The position numbers were made by a program, and so were the translations under genes. Of a stretch of 64,000 bases of DNA, positions 49,260-61,019 are shown piece after piece; the stretch's first letter is position 1, and each line of letters starts with the position of its first letter. Source of the DNA: Lama glama (Eukaryota); the NCBI GenBank assembly GCA_028534125.1, contig CM052817.1, forward strand, positions 39,246,001 through 39,310,000. The letters are read 5' to 3'. The notes under the pieces were generated by a model. That model had not been told where the DNA came from and searched no databases. It worked only from the letters and a program-made list of their open reading frames with translations.

Positions 49260-50110
49260 ATTTCTTTTCCTTCAAACCTATTCCTTTCTTTCTTATCTTA
49301 GTAAATGGTAACGGTGATTACCCAATTGCTAAGCTAGGACCTGGGCACTGCCCTTGATTTTCTTTCCCTCATACCCCATATTTAACAAGCGGATGGCCGT
49401 TGTCTTGGATCTGTCCTCCGTTCCACATCAGCACCTGGGCTGTGGAGGCTTAAGTCACATCACATCCTGTGGGGACCGCTGCAGAGGCCCCCCTACCAGC
49501 ATCTCTGCTTTTACTCTTGCCTTGCTTTAATCTGTTCTCTTCACAACAGCCAGAGTGATCTAAAAGCACAAATGGATCATAATATGCTACTGCTTAAATC
49601 TTGCAATGGATTCCCAGAGACTTCACAGAAAATCCTCTTCCCACCAGGGTCTACAAGATCCATCGGGTCTGGTTCTGGCCTCCCTCTCCAACCCAGTCTC
49701 CGTCAACCCTCCCATTCATTCCTTATAATCCAGCTGTGTCGGTCTTCCTTCAATTCCTAAGAAAATACCATGCTTTCCCCTACTTCTCAGCTTTTATTCC
49801 TGCGATTTCCTCTGCTTGGAATGAACTTCCTCCTGGTCTTTGAATGGTTGGCTTCTCACCCTTCTAGTCTCATTTATTCTCTGAGAAACCTTCCTTGAAC
49901 CCCCACCTGAATAGGTTTCCTTCACAGCCTCTCCTCCTCAAGCACTTCACCCCCTTTGTGGGTTTTTATAGTTCCATCACTGTTTGAAAAAATTAATAAT
50001 TTGTTTATTACTTTTCTTCCCTAGTACTTTGGAACATGTCTGTTTCGTTCACTGCACCACCTGGTACAATGCCTGACATATATTATGTGATCAATAAATA
50101 TGGAAAATTA
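49260..50110 (+). mobile_element. L2b-like fragment
   Basis: cacaacagccagagtgatc...caatggattccc...cctctgcttggaatg...tgagaaaccttcc...caatgcctgacata...caataaatatgg. Confidence 0.75.
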
Positions 50111-50139
50111 ATTTATTTACTGATAGAATATCCAACTAA

Positions 50140-50190
50140 ATTATATATATATATAATATATATATACATGTATATATAATATATATATAC
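50140..50190. repeat. TA-rich microsatellite
   Basis: ttatatatatatataatatatatatacatgtatatataatatatatatac. Confidence 0.9.
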
Positions 50191-50244
50191 TGCATAGGGA
50201 GGTAAATGGGAAAGTTTTGTTTTGGCTTAACCACAACCCTTTCT

Positions 50245-51140
50245 CCATCAATCCACTTACTTACTAAGCATCAAATATGTGAAAGCTGTTCTGAGGCTGT
50301 TGTGACTTCTAGTCCCTGCCCTTGTATACTTATATCCTAGGAGAGAAGATTAATATCTATACCAGTAACTGTTAATTCAGAGATGACTGAAAGAGAAGTG
50401 CTCTGGAAGTTTTTTCATTTATGTACAATTTATAATTAATCTATTTTTTTAAAGAATTTGCATTGAACTATATAGGCGTTTCAAGGAGAAAAATGACTTG
50501 TCTCTGGGTGAATCTTGGAAGGGTTCTTAATGGACCCAGTGTGTGACTTCGATTCTGATGAATGTAGAATTTGGAGGAGCAAGTGTGGTGAGAAAGGGCC
50601 ATTGCTATAAACAAGCCAATATTGCAGACGGTGCACAGCTCACGTGGGGAGCAGCTGGAAGGGGCAAGGCTGTCATGACTGAAAGGGCTGCGTTTAGAAA
50701 GTGAGGTCAAGTCAGATTGTGTGGGGTTTGTAACTGCTGGGAGAAAGAATTTGTCTATTGTTTGAAGAAGCAAAGGGGAGCCCTTAAAACTTTTCAAGCT
50801 GGGCAGTGATTTAATTTGAGCGTGGCTGAGGTTGGTTTGTCTCGAAGTGCCACTTAGGAGGGATTACAACAGGGAAGAAGCAGAAGTAAGGGCGGTATTT
50901 AGAAACTTCTGGCTCTAGGAAAGGAACCGAGATCTCTGGCAACTAGAGTGGGAAAAAAGAGAAGGGGCAGATTGGGGAGTTCCCACAGAGGAGAAGTTCA
51001 CCTGTTCTGAAAGCTCACTTGAACTGTGGGAATGAGAGGACAGAACGCAGAATGAGAGCAAAAGTCTGGTTTCTTACAAGAGTTGGGGAAGGAAAACTGA
51101 GGAGGAAGGTTCAGTTTGAGTCCTTGGGTGCGAGATGGGG
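50245..51140 (-). mobile_element. L2c-like fragments
   Basis: tactaagcatcaaatatgtg...agtccctgcccttg...ggggagcccttaaaacttttcaagctgggcagtga. Confidence 0.55.
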
Positions 51141-51319
51141 ATTGCACTTTAGGAAAGATTATGGTGATGAGGCTTTAACTTGATGTCCTGTTTCTTACAT
51201 TGAACTAAAAATTTTTTTTTAATTTTATAAAAGACAGTATTGCCTAGTGTACTATCTTTTAAGGATGTTGTGAGCTGCAGCCTTGGAGATCACTGATGTC
51301 TGTGTAAATCTGAGCAAGT

Positions 51320-51540
51320 GAGGTACAGTGAATGACGGTTGGCATGGACTCAGATGACGGAGGTTGAAGTCCTGACTTACTGCTCAACAGCCTACTGGTG
51401 ACTAGTCACCATGTGAGCTTCTCAAAGTCTCTAACCTCAGTTTCCTTCCCCATGAAATGGAAGCAAATCCATCATCACTGTAATCTCAAGGACCAGTGGA
51501 AGGATTCAGTGAGATTATGTATTTTCAAGTGCTTCGTACA
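51320..51540 (+). mobile_element. MIR SINE
   Basis: aacctcagtttccttccccatgaaatgg...gaaggattcagtgagattatgta...agtgctt. Confidence 0.65.
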
Positions 51541-51784
51541 TCCTCTTGGGAGAACAGGATTCGCCGGGAAACTCTAGGTATGTGACTGCTGGGTGTTGGA
51601 TGTTGGATACAGGCTCTATTATCAATTATAAAACTGCTTTAAATAATTGCCACTTTTGCTGTCTTTTACAGTGTCATGATCCCCGAACACACAATCATTA
51701 AGAAAAAAAATTTTTTTTGTCTCATTGGTCAGGCTGCCTGACCTTTTTCGTTGAAAATTCTTAATTTTATAAAAGTTAAACAAG

Positions 51785-52075
51785 CAACCGAGGAGCCCTT
51801 GGGACTTGAACAGCGGGAAAGGCAGCTCAGCTGGCAGCGGCGTTCTGAATGCCTCCGGCTCCCGGGAGCCGGGCTTTCCCGCACTGCCTCCCTGTGTCCG
51901 CGGAGAGAAGCGCGGCTGCCGCCTCCCGCTGGCAGAGCGCCGTGTGTCTGCTTCAAGCGCCTGCACCTTGGGGACGCCGACAGCTGCCGGGCTTGGAACG
52001 CCCGCAGCAGAGCTCGGGCCAGGCTCAGAAAGGCCGCAGTGCTCCATAGAGGGAAAGGAAATCCCGCCGGCAAAA
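51785..52075. promoter_or_regulatory. Short orphan CpG island / candidate regulatory element
   Basis: About 26 CpGs counted by eye in ~290 bp of GC-rich, non-repeat sequence within an AT-rich, CpG-depleted window; E2F-type GCGGGAAA/TTTCCCGC and a CTCF-like motif. Confidence 0.6.
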
Positions 52076-53972
52076 CCTCCCTAAAGCTCAGGCAGAATCT
52101 GGGGGTTATATTTACTTAAAAAAAAAAAAAAACTTAGGGAGTAGCCTTAAATACTGTCGCAAGAAATTTAGTTTCTTTTGAAGTGCCAGCATTCCAAACT
52201 GCGGGATGTGAAGGGGTATTGCAACCACTGAATACGGAGCGGGCCCCTCAGAGTAAATAAGCACCACGTCCACTCCCAAATAAATGGCTTTTTGTTTGAG
52301 TGTGGGGTGGGTTTGATAAGGATGGTGTTACAACGTTGAATGAGGTGCAAAGGAAAAATGACTTTCATAAGTTCACATGGCTGTCATTATATTCGCCCCT
52401 AGGTTCCCTTTCCTCCAACTCCACCCTTCCAGATCCCCTTCTGGATCCTTCGGCATCCATTCAGTAGAAGTCAGGGGATGTGCTGATAAGTCTGCATTTG
52501 CTATTGATCTGTATACATCTGTTTTATGTACCAAGAAAAGCTGTAAATGAGGGGGAGGAAAACAAAAAGTTGCTTGTGGATTGTTCACATTGGTATGTAG
52601 TATTAGCCTACCGGAGTCCACACAGAGTCTTTTGAGTGAACTGAGCATAAAACACACACACACAGATTTCCTACGACCATAATCTTTCTCTCTTTAATTC
52701 TTACCTCATGTGGATTTTGTCTTGGTCATTTTTTTTTAAATCAATAATCATCCTGTGGCTTTTCTCTCCTTTTTAAGTCATCTGCTTCAGTGGCAACGTT
52801 AGCTAAACACATTCCCAGCTCCACTCCACTCATTAGTATTAATGGAGTAATCATCATTCCCTTCCTTGACTCCTTAGACTTGCTTCAATATTTACACATT
52901 GGCTGAAGCTGACTGAGCAGAAATAATGAGCCTTCGACATCCTTGCTGCACAGGGTGGGCGAAGACTTGCTTCCACGGGGTGGAGTTTATGGTGGAATAA
53001 AGGCTATGACTTATAATTATCAGTGAAAATGATAGGCAGTGTCCCTGGTACTTGTCACACTAGCCCAGCGCTGCGGTGGTGGCCGGGGCATCGCCCAAGC
53101 TGGACAGACCCTGCCTCTCAAGTGACTGTGAGAAACAGAGCTGCCCTTTTGCCTCCTCCAGCCTCTACTCAAATTATGATTTCATTCTTTTTCAGGGAAA
53201 AGTCCCCTTTGAGTCAGAGGGCTTTTCTACAGACTTATCAAGCTTTTATTCCCACTTTGGGCTTCCTGACAGTACTGTTTCATAGGTAAAGAGCTTCTCT
53301 TGGATTTTTTTTCTTTTTATTTTCTGGTAAAATAAACAAGTTAACTTTCCTGACTTCATCAAACACCTAATTCAATGGGCATTTATGAAGCACTTGGTAC
53401 TTGCCAAACGTTGTATTAGGGGCTGAGTCCCTTCCAACTTGCTCTTTTCTCTCAGGAAGAAGCTAAAATAAAGAGATGAATGGGAGACTGAATTCTTAAA
53501 ATACAGAGAAATTCTAGAAAGCATGCACCTAAGAGGTTGCTTGACTGAATCCCAGAAAAAAGAGGAAAAATTAACATTTGTTTTCATCTCTAACAGCATT
53601 CTTGTCTTCTCAACCAACTCTCCACAGTATTCTAGCAACGTGGATCAGTTTTTGAGACAAGGAGAGATCCTTTTGACTAATATTTATCCCCTAAGAGTAG
53701 GATGTTTGTATATTTAGACATCTGTGCTTCCCCCACAGGACAGCTAGAGACTTTTTCTCACTCCTCTACGTTTTGAAGATTTGTTTTTATCATTGGCAGT
53801 CCCCTTCTTTAGCACTGGAGTTGCAGGGCTGCCTCCCCGCTGAGAGTTCAGAATATTTCCCAACACACAGACAGTATGGCATTCAGCTTCTGAGAACACT
53901 CCAGAATACATCTATATTCAGGGCTAATTGTTGTGGGTTTATTATTATTTTTTGGAAGTAAGGAAATTGGTA

Positions 53973-54205
53973 TTTTTTTAATTGAAGTATAGTTGGTTTA
54001 TAATGTGTTAATTTCTGGTATACAGCATAGTGACTCAGTTATACATACATATATATTACTTTTCATATTCTTTCTCATTATAGGCCATTACGAGGTATTA
54101 AACATAGTTTCCTGTGCTGTACAGTGGGACCTTGATGTTAATTTGTTTTATATATAGTAGTTAATATCTGCAAATCCCAAAATCCCAATTTATTTCTTCC
54201 CGCCT
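53973..54205 (-). mobile_element. Camelid-type L1 3' end
   Basis: ttttttaattgaagtatagttg...ctggtatacagcatagtgactcagttatac...cctgtgctgtacagt...atctgcaaatcccaaaatcccaatttat; possible 7-bp TSD ttggtat. Confidence 0.85.
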
Positions 54206-54742
54206 TGGTATCCCACCTTCATTACACAGCCCTGGCTCCAGCTCTTGCCTGTTTTTGTTTCTGCTAGCAGCTTGGAAAAGAAAGACAGATCCAGGGGACA
54301 GTCTAAATCTCACCTTCAGGCTGGAGATCCTGACCCAGAGGAGCAAAGAGAATTGTGAAGCAGTTTTATCCACAGACCTGTGAATAAAGACTGGTACAGG
54401 GGAAAGAAAAAAATTGGAAGGGGAGAGAAAAAGAAGAGGCAGGGTGAACAGGAGGGTGAGACACAAAACAAAAGAGCTTTGGGGGTTAAAAACAGCAACC
54501 AGGACGCGGGGACCCCATGACCAGTGCAGGGAAGGGATGTGTCATGGTGATCTGGGGGCTCCCGCGCTGGCAGACCCAGCCTTCCTATGGGGTGGAGGTC
54601 CAGGGAGCTCTGCTCAGCTCTTCTAAGTTTCCTAATATTTTAGCCTCCCTAAAAATAAACATAATTATGGAATAATCTTCCAGTTTTAGAATCAGAAGGG
54701 ATGTTAATAATTGTCAACTCTGACCATCTCTTTGGAAAATTA

Positions 54743-55650
54743 CTTCCCCAGTTTTACTGAGATGTAATTGACATGCAACACTGTACAGCATGATAAAGTG
54801 TACAGTGTGATGGTTTGACATATTTTGTGAAATGATTAGTGCAATAAGTTTAGTTAGCATCATCATCTCATATAGATACAATAAAAAGAAAAAGCAAAAA
54901 AAGAAAAACAATTTTCCTTGTGATGAGAACTTTTAAGATTTACTCTCTTAACAACGTTCATGTACAGCACACAACAGTGTTAACTATAGTCATCATGTTG
55001 TACATTACATCCTTAGTGTTTATTTATCTTCTAACTGGAAGTTTGACCACCTTCTTTCAATTCCTCTCTCCCCTTCCCCACCCCCAACCCTCCTCACCTC
55101 TGGTAACCACAAATCTGACCTCTTTTTCAATGAGTTTAGGCTTTTTTAGATNNNNNNNNNNNNNNNNNNNNNNNNNNNNNNNNNNNNNNNNNNNNNNNNN
55201 NNNNNNNNNNNNNNNNNNNNNNNNNNNNNNNNNNNNNNNNNNNNNNNNNNNNNNNNNNNNNNNNNNNNNNNNNNNNNNNNNNNNNNNNNNNNNNNNNNNN
55301 NNNNNNNNNNNNNNNNNNNNNNNNNNNNNNNNNNNNNNNNNNNNNNNNNNNNNNNNNNNNNNNNNNNNNNNNNNNTGCTGTTATGAACATGTGGGTGCAA
55401 ATATCTTTTTGAGTTAGTGTTTTCATTTCCTTTGGTTATATTCCCTGGAGTGGAATTGCTGGGTCATATGGTAGTTCTATTTTTAATTTTTTGAGGACCC
55501 TCCATACTGTTTTCCGTAGTGGCTACACCAGTTTACAATCCCATCCACAGTGGAAAAGATTCCCTTTTCTCCACATCCTTGCCAGCATTTCTTGCCTCTT
55601 ATCTTTTTTATGATGGTCATTCTAACAGGCGTGAGGCAATAGTTATTGTT
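54743..55650 (-). mobile_element. L1MA9-like (older laurasiatherian) L1 3' portion; contains gap 55152-55375
   Basis: cccagttttactgagatgtaattgaca...ccttgtgatgagaactt...ggagtggaattgctgggtcatatggtagttctatttttaattttttgagg...cattctaacaggcgtgagg. Confidence 0.85.
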
Positions 55651-56384
55651 AACAATCTCTTCTTAAAGGTAAGAATTCAAAGAATCTAACGTTCATAAAA
55701 TGCACAATTTTGCAAGGCTGACTAGTGGCAGAGGCTGCTCTCTTAACTCTCAAGCCAGGGCAGTTTAGCTGTTTGAGCCACATTAATGGATGCAAGCTTC
55801 TAGGAGGTAGATGGAGTCATAAGCAGGTAACTCCCAAATGAGCAAATTAGCTCATGAAGATTCCAAATGCAATCCAAGTTCCTTGGCTAGGGTCTAGACC
55901 AGGATCATAATACCAGAATTATAAATATGAACTGAAAAGAACTGTTTTTAACATCTTCCTCAACTTTCTATACTTTCCAACAGTACCTCTAGCTGGGACA
56001 TTGGAAAGGGAGCTTTCATATTTTCATTTTCTGTGCTCCTACGATCATTATTAGCCACAATGATTGATTAATTGATTGATTCTTTTACTCAGTCATCCAT
56101 TACATATATGGAATCCTGGTTTTGTTCAAGTTCCTGTTTCTCGGAGGCCCCTTCTATCAGAAAGTCATAGTCCCAATATAAGACATATTCTCAAACCATT
56201 AAAATCCAGTTCAGTACCCCCAATTATAAAGTTAAAGTAGTCAGCATACAACATGTACTCTTCATTTCAAATAGCCTGGCCCACAAAACTATGTCAATTG
56301 GTTTTTTAAAAGATGAGGGAATTAGTTAGCAATCTGCTCCCCACCACAGAATTTCTTAGTAGAGAAGGTTGTTGCTTATGAAAG

Positions 56385-56600
56385 AGGATTTAATATTTGC
56401 TGAGCTCCTACTATGAGCTAGGTAGTATGTGAAGAACTTATTATTTCATTTAATTGCTCTTATCATCCTTCAAAATACTCTACCCATTTTACAGATAAGT
56501 ATATGGAAGCTCAAAGAATTGAGTAACTTTCTCATGGCCAGTAATTTAAAGTGACAGAGTCAAGATTCAGAATGAAGTCAGACTTCTGATGAGCCCCAAC
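56385..56600 (-). mobile_element. MIR SINE
   Basis: tgagctcctactatgagctagg...cccattttacagataag...gtgacagagtcaagattc. Confidence 0.7.
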
Positions 56601-56873
56601 TTGCTCTCTGTCCAGCACCAGGTCTCAGGGTAACCAAGGCTGACTTGTGATCTGATGACTCCATGTGTTGGGATGATGTCTCTTCTAGATTCTAGTCTGG
56701 GAATATTTGTGGAGATTGAGGTGGACAATTTTCCAAAAATAAAATGATCTCTTTACATGAAAATGCTTCAGTATTATTTGTTCAATAGTAAATGCTTCAA
56801 TTGTACCAGTCCTGTATTATGTGTTAATTCAAGGACAAAAAAGAAATTTCTCTTTCTCTTATGAGGCTCATGA

Positions 56874-57780
56874 TTATTTATAATAGCTAAGACATAAAAA
56901 CAACCTAAGTGCCCATCAACAGATGAATGGATAAAGAAGTTGCATAATATGGAATATGTAACAGAATATTATTCAGCCATTAAAAAAAAAAGAAAAAGAA
57001 AGACAAATGCTGTATCATCTCACTTATATGTGGAATTTAAAACAAACAAACAAAAAGCCAAACTCATAGAAAAAGAGATCACATTTATAGATACCAGAGA
57101 CAGAGAGTGAGGGAATGTGAGAAAGGAGCATTGGAGGAAAGTGGTCAAAAGGTACAGACTTCCAACTGCAAGATAAATAAGTGCTGGGAAATTTGGGAGT
57201 TTGAGATTTGCAAATGTTAGCCACTATATATAAAAATAGATTTTAAAAAAGTCTCTTCTGTATAGCACAAGGAACTATATTCAGTATCTTGTAATAACCT
57301 TTAATGAAAAAGAACATGAAAATGAATATATGTATGTATATGCATGACTGGGACATTGTGCTGTACACCAGAAGTTGACACATTGTAACTGACTGTAATT
57401 CAATTAAAAAAATTTTTTTAAAACCTTAATGGCCTCAAGATTCAAAAAAATAATAAGTACTAGGGGTGTAATGTATAGCATGGTGACTGTAGTTAACACC
57501 GTTGTGTGGTATATATGCAAGTTAAGAGAGTAAATCCTAAGAGTTCTCATCACAAGGAAAAACAAACATTTTTTTTCTTCTTTTTGGTATCTATATTTAT
57601 TGTAGTAATCATTTCTTCTTTTTGATATCTATATTTATTGTAGTAATCAATTTATCATGTAGTAATCATGATATCTATATTTATTGTAGTAATACATGTA
57701 AGTCAACTCATTATGTTGTACACCTTAAATTTACACAATGCTGTATGTCAATTATATATCAATAAAACTAGACCAGAAAA
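56874..57780 (+). mobile_element. L1MA9-like 3' portion interrupted by a younger L1
   Basis: caacctaagtgcccatcaacagatgaatggataaag...ctcatagaaaaagagatca...ggtacagacttcca...[insert]...gagtaaatcctaagagttctcatcacaagg...tcaattatatatcaataaaact; possible TSD gaggct(c/t)atg. Confidence 0.85.
57189..57451 (+). mobile_element. Young camelid-type L1 3' end nested in the older L1
   Basis: gggagtttgagatttgcaaatgttagccactatatataaaaatag...tgtacaccagaagttgacacattgtaactgactg...aattaaaaaaa; TSD aataagt(g/a)ct(g/a)gg at 57176-57188 and 57452-57464. Confidence 0.85.
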
Positions 57781-58752
57781 GAGGCTTATGGTCTGCTGAG
57801 AGTGGCAGCGACATGGGCACGTATGCAAATAAATGCAGTGTTCTGTGACTCCAAGATAAATGCACAGGACCATGGGTGGACAAGGGAGGGAGTGGTCAGT
57901 TCTTCTTGGGAGCTAGAGTAAGTACAAGGATGGCTTTCACAGAAGTACATGGAAATGAGAACATGGATTTGGAAATAACTTCACAGTGCCTAGCCCATAC
58001 ATGGCCACACAGATTCATCATTTCTGTTTTGAGAATCAAAGTACTAAAATGAGTGTGTTACATTTATTCTGTTCTGCTTAATTTTTATGAATTCTGCTCC
58101 ATTTTTTCTTGGTCCATAATGACTTGAAGTCATAGAAATGTGACCTAGATCTTTCAAAAGGGCAAGTTTACCTGCTTCTACTTGCTTAGAAAGAAGGAAC
58201 AGAGGACACAGGGATAACCGTCCTATCCAGAGTAAACCATTAAGTCAGGATTGGAAAACTCTCCTTTCCTCCTCTCTTGTTTCCTTCATCCGCAACCTTT
58301 CTCACTTCTGTCATGACCTCCTCTTCAACCAGATTCACAACGTGAAAGCGTGAAAGTCTTGGGAGAAGAAAACAACCAGCTTCCAAAACAAGAGAAAGAA
58401 CCAATGCGGTGGAACCGCTCTTGCGATGAGCTTCCAGTGCGTGTATGTGTGTGGTTTCTTTAAGTCACTGGGAAAGTTTTTAATGCTCATAGAAACCAGA
58501 GTCCTGGAGAGTTACAGAGAGCCCCAGCAGTCACCAGCTGACACTTTAAAGGAACTGAAGCCATATATCCAGTCCAGAAAGAGTTGGGGACAGGACAGCA
58601 GTAGGGGGCTGGCTGCACTGGGTATTTTTTGTTTTTGTTGTTCCTTCCCTTAAAAAAGTATATGTCATAGACATGTCTTCATCAATCATCCTCCGAACAC
58701 AACTCCATAGGCATGTTTATAGCTTATTTCCTTATTTTCACTTACATTCCTG

Positions 58753-58792
58753 TACGCACGCACGCACGCGCGCACACACACACACACACACA
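58753..58792. repeat. (CACG)n(CG)n(CA)n alternating purine-pyrimidine microsatellite
   Basis: tacgcacgcacgcacgcgcgcacacacacacacacacacac. Confidence 0.95.
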
Positions 58793-59699
58793 CCCTACTT
58801 CCTCTCTCCCTCTCTCTCGTTTTCTCTCTCTGTCCTCAGTCATGTCAACTTCCCTTGTAACCCTTCGTGTCCTTCAGCAATTACTCAAAGCCACACCAGC
58901 ATAAAATTGGAAGAGTTGTCATCTTCAGGTGTTGGAGGCATCTTAGGATGCAACTCGAAGCTGAGTCCACCTGAGAAACATAGATCTTATCTGTTGTCTC
59001 TATCAATGTTGAAGCCATCTGTCATAAGACTTTCTTGAAGGAAATAGAAGTGAGAGTGGCAAACTTACTACTTAATGACAAATGAGCCAAGTCTAAAGGG
59101 TGAATGGTAGGAGATGATTCACACACACACCCTCCTTTATTGTCTTTCCTAACTAGGATATGCAGGGTTAATAAAATAATGCCACTTATAAACATGGTGT
59201 CCAGAAGGTGGCTGACCCTTCACATCTGAGCTTTCTGCTCCTCACCTAAAAGACCATCTCGGAGTGGGGAGTAGGTAGTATCTCTGGGTCTTAAATCCGA
59301 ATTCATTTGGGAGAGAATTTTGGGTGAAGACTGGATCTGATAACCTTCTTTGTTTCAATAGTTATGACCAAGGGATCGGGCCCATGGAGGGCAAACAGAG
59401 ATATCAAGAGCCTAGTCCTGCACATTGTGGATGAAGGCAGTTCTCAGTCAGTAGCAGTTCCTTGATCGTTCTTTAAGACACAACCGAAAGACATTTGCCA
59501 CAGGTGAACCTTAAGGGAGTTCTGACTTTGCTTCTAATAACCTATATTCCCTTGTAATTCATTTATATTCTCTGTACCTTCCCCCACCCATATTTAAAGC
59601 AATACTTTGACATAGATCATATTTAAGCTGTACTTTCAACTGTAAAATGCTATGAATATGTCCTATGATTTAACTGCTCTTTTTTCAGTTATAAAAACT

Positions 59700-60960
59700 T
59701 TAACTTCCAGTTAAACATGTCAAATTGAATCCAAGAGTTTGTCTCCATGTCCTCTGAACTCCTACTACAATAATAATGAAGAACAGAAGAGGCACAAATT
59801 CAAAAGAACTAAAAAACAACAGACTTGGAAAGGACAGCAAGTAAGAGATGCCAACAAAACTCAAGCAGTGGAACAGCTAATGGACAAATAATAATTGACC
59901 TGGCAGAGCAGAGGAAGACAAAATCTCAGTCCATCTATCCACAGAACTCCTGAAAGTCTCAGGATTTAGAGACACTAGTGATTTCTGAAGGGGGTGCATG
60001 GGAAGACTGAAAACATGAGTGCTGGTTGCAAGTTTTTACTAGGAGCTATGAGAAGCTCAGGTCACCCCATCATATCTATGGTAGACACTCAACACTCACT
60101 CCCAGGGGACCAGATAGCCAGGAGTTTAACTCTGGAAAATTGAATTCAAGAGGCCCTGGACCCAGACCCTGAGCAGGCAGGGGTGAGGCACAGTGCTGAA
60201 ACCAAGGAGATCTGCTGGGAAAATACTTCTGAGTCAGATCCTTTTTCCTCGACTCCCAGAACATTGGCAACCATGCAGGAGATTGAAGGGTTAGTATCTG
60301 AAGAAATTTAATGACTCAGAAAAAGACCTACACTGACCATTTCGAGTGCCCTGGCAAAAGAGCCAAGTTTCTATCTCCCTAACCACCATTTGACAGACTT
60401 CATCATGCCCCAGGGTGTCCAATCAGCTTTTTAGTTCTTCTTTAAACAGTATGAACAAATAGACAGGGATCTCGGGACACGTGAGAAAAGGCTCCAACAC
60501 AAAAGCCAGAGACGGAAACCAGCAAACAGAAAAAGGGAGTCAGGAGATTTGAAAACAATACAGAAAGTAGAAGAAAACATAAAAGAAAAGTATTGATATT
60601 ATTTTCCAAGAGATGAGAGAATATATTATATGAGCCAACAAGAGAGGTAAAAATAAACATTCATAGAATAAGGAATAGCTCCAAGAAATAATACCAGGTA
60701 TGACCAAAACAACACATTTGGGAAAGGATTGAAAGTTAGAATTAAGACTCAAAAAAGGAGAAAAAAAAAACAAGATAGATAAAAATAGAAAAGTAGAAGA
60801 GAATAGATAAAATTAGGAACCATTCAAGAGAGCAAACATCTAATTAGTAAGCAATTATTAACTTCAGGAAAATAGAAATGTATGTAAGAAAGGAAATGTA
60901 ATCAGAAAACACTAGATGGCTCTAGAATGAATGATACTTATATAGCCATAATAAAATAAT
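59700..60960 (+). mobile_element. Old L1M 5'UTR/ORF1-region remnant
   Basis: acttccagttaaacatg 5'-end-like motif; ggagtttaactctggaaaattgaa; A-rich ORF1-like tract (caaacatctaattagta). Confidence 0.5.
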
Positions 60961-61019
60961 ATTGATATTATATATAACAATATTCACAACAAAAATTGTG
61001 ACTAACTGATTTTTGTTGT

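Noticed and set aside
51622-52119. Five overlapping 66-141 aa ORFs on both strands
   Set aside because: Expected from stop-codon depletion in GC-rich DNA; Ala/Arg/Pro-rich with no recognisable domain
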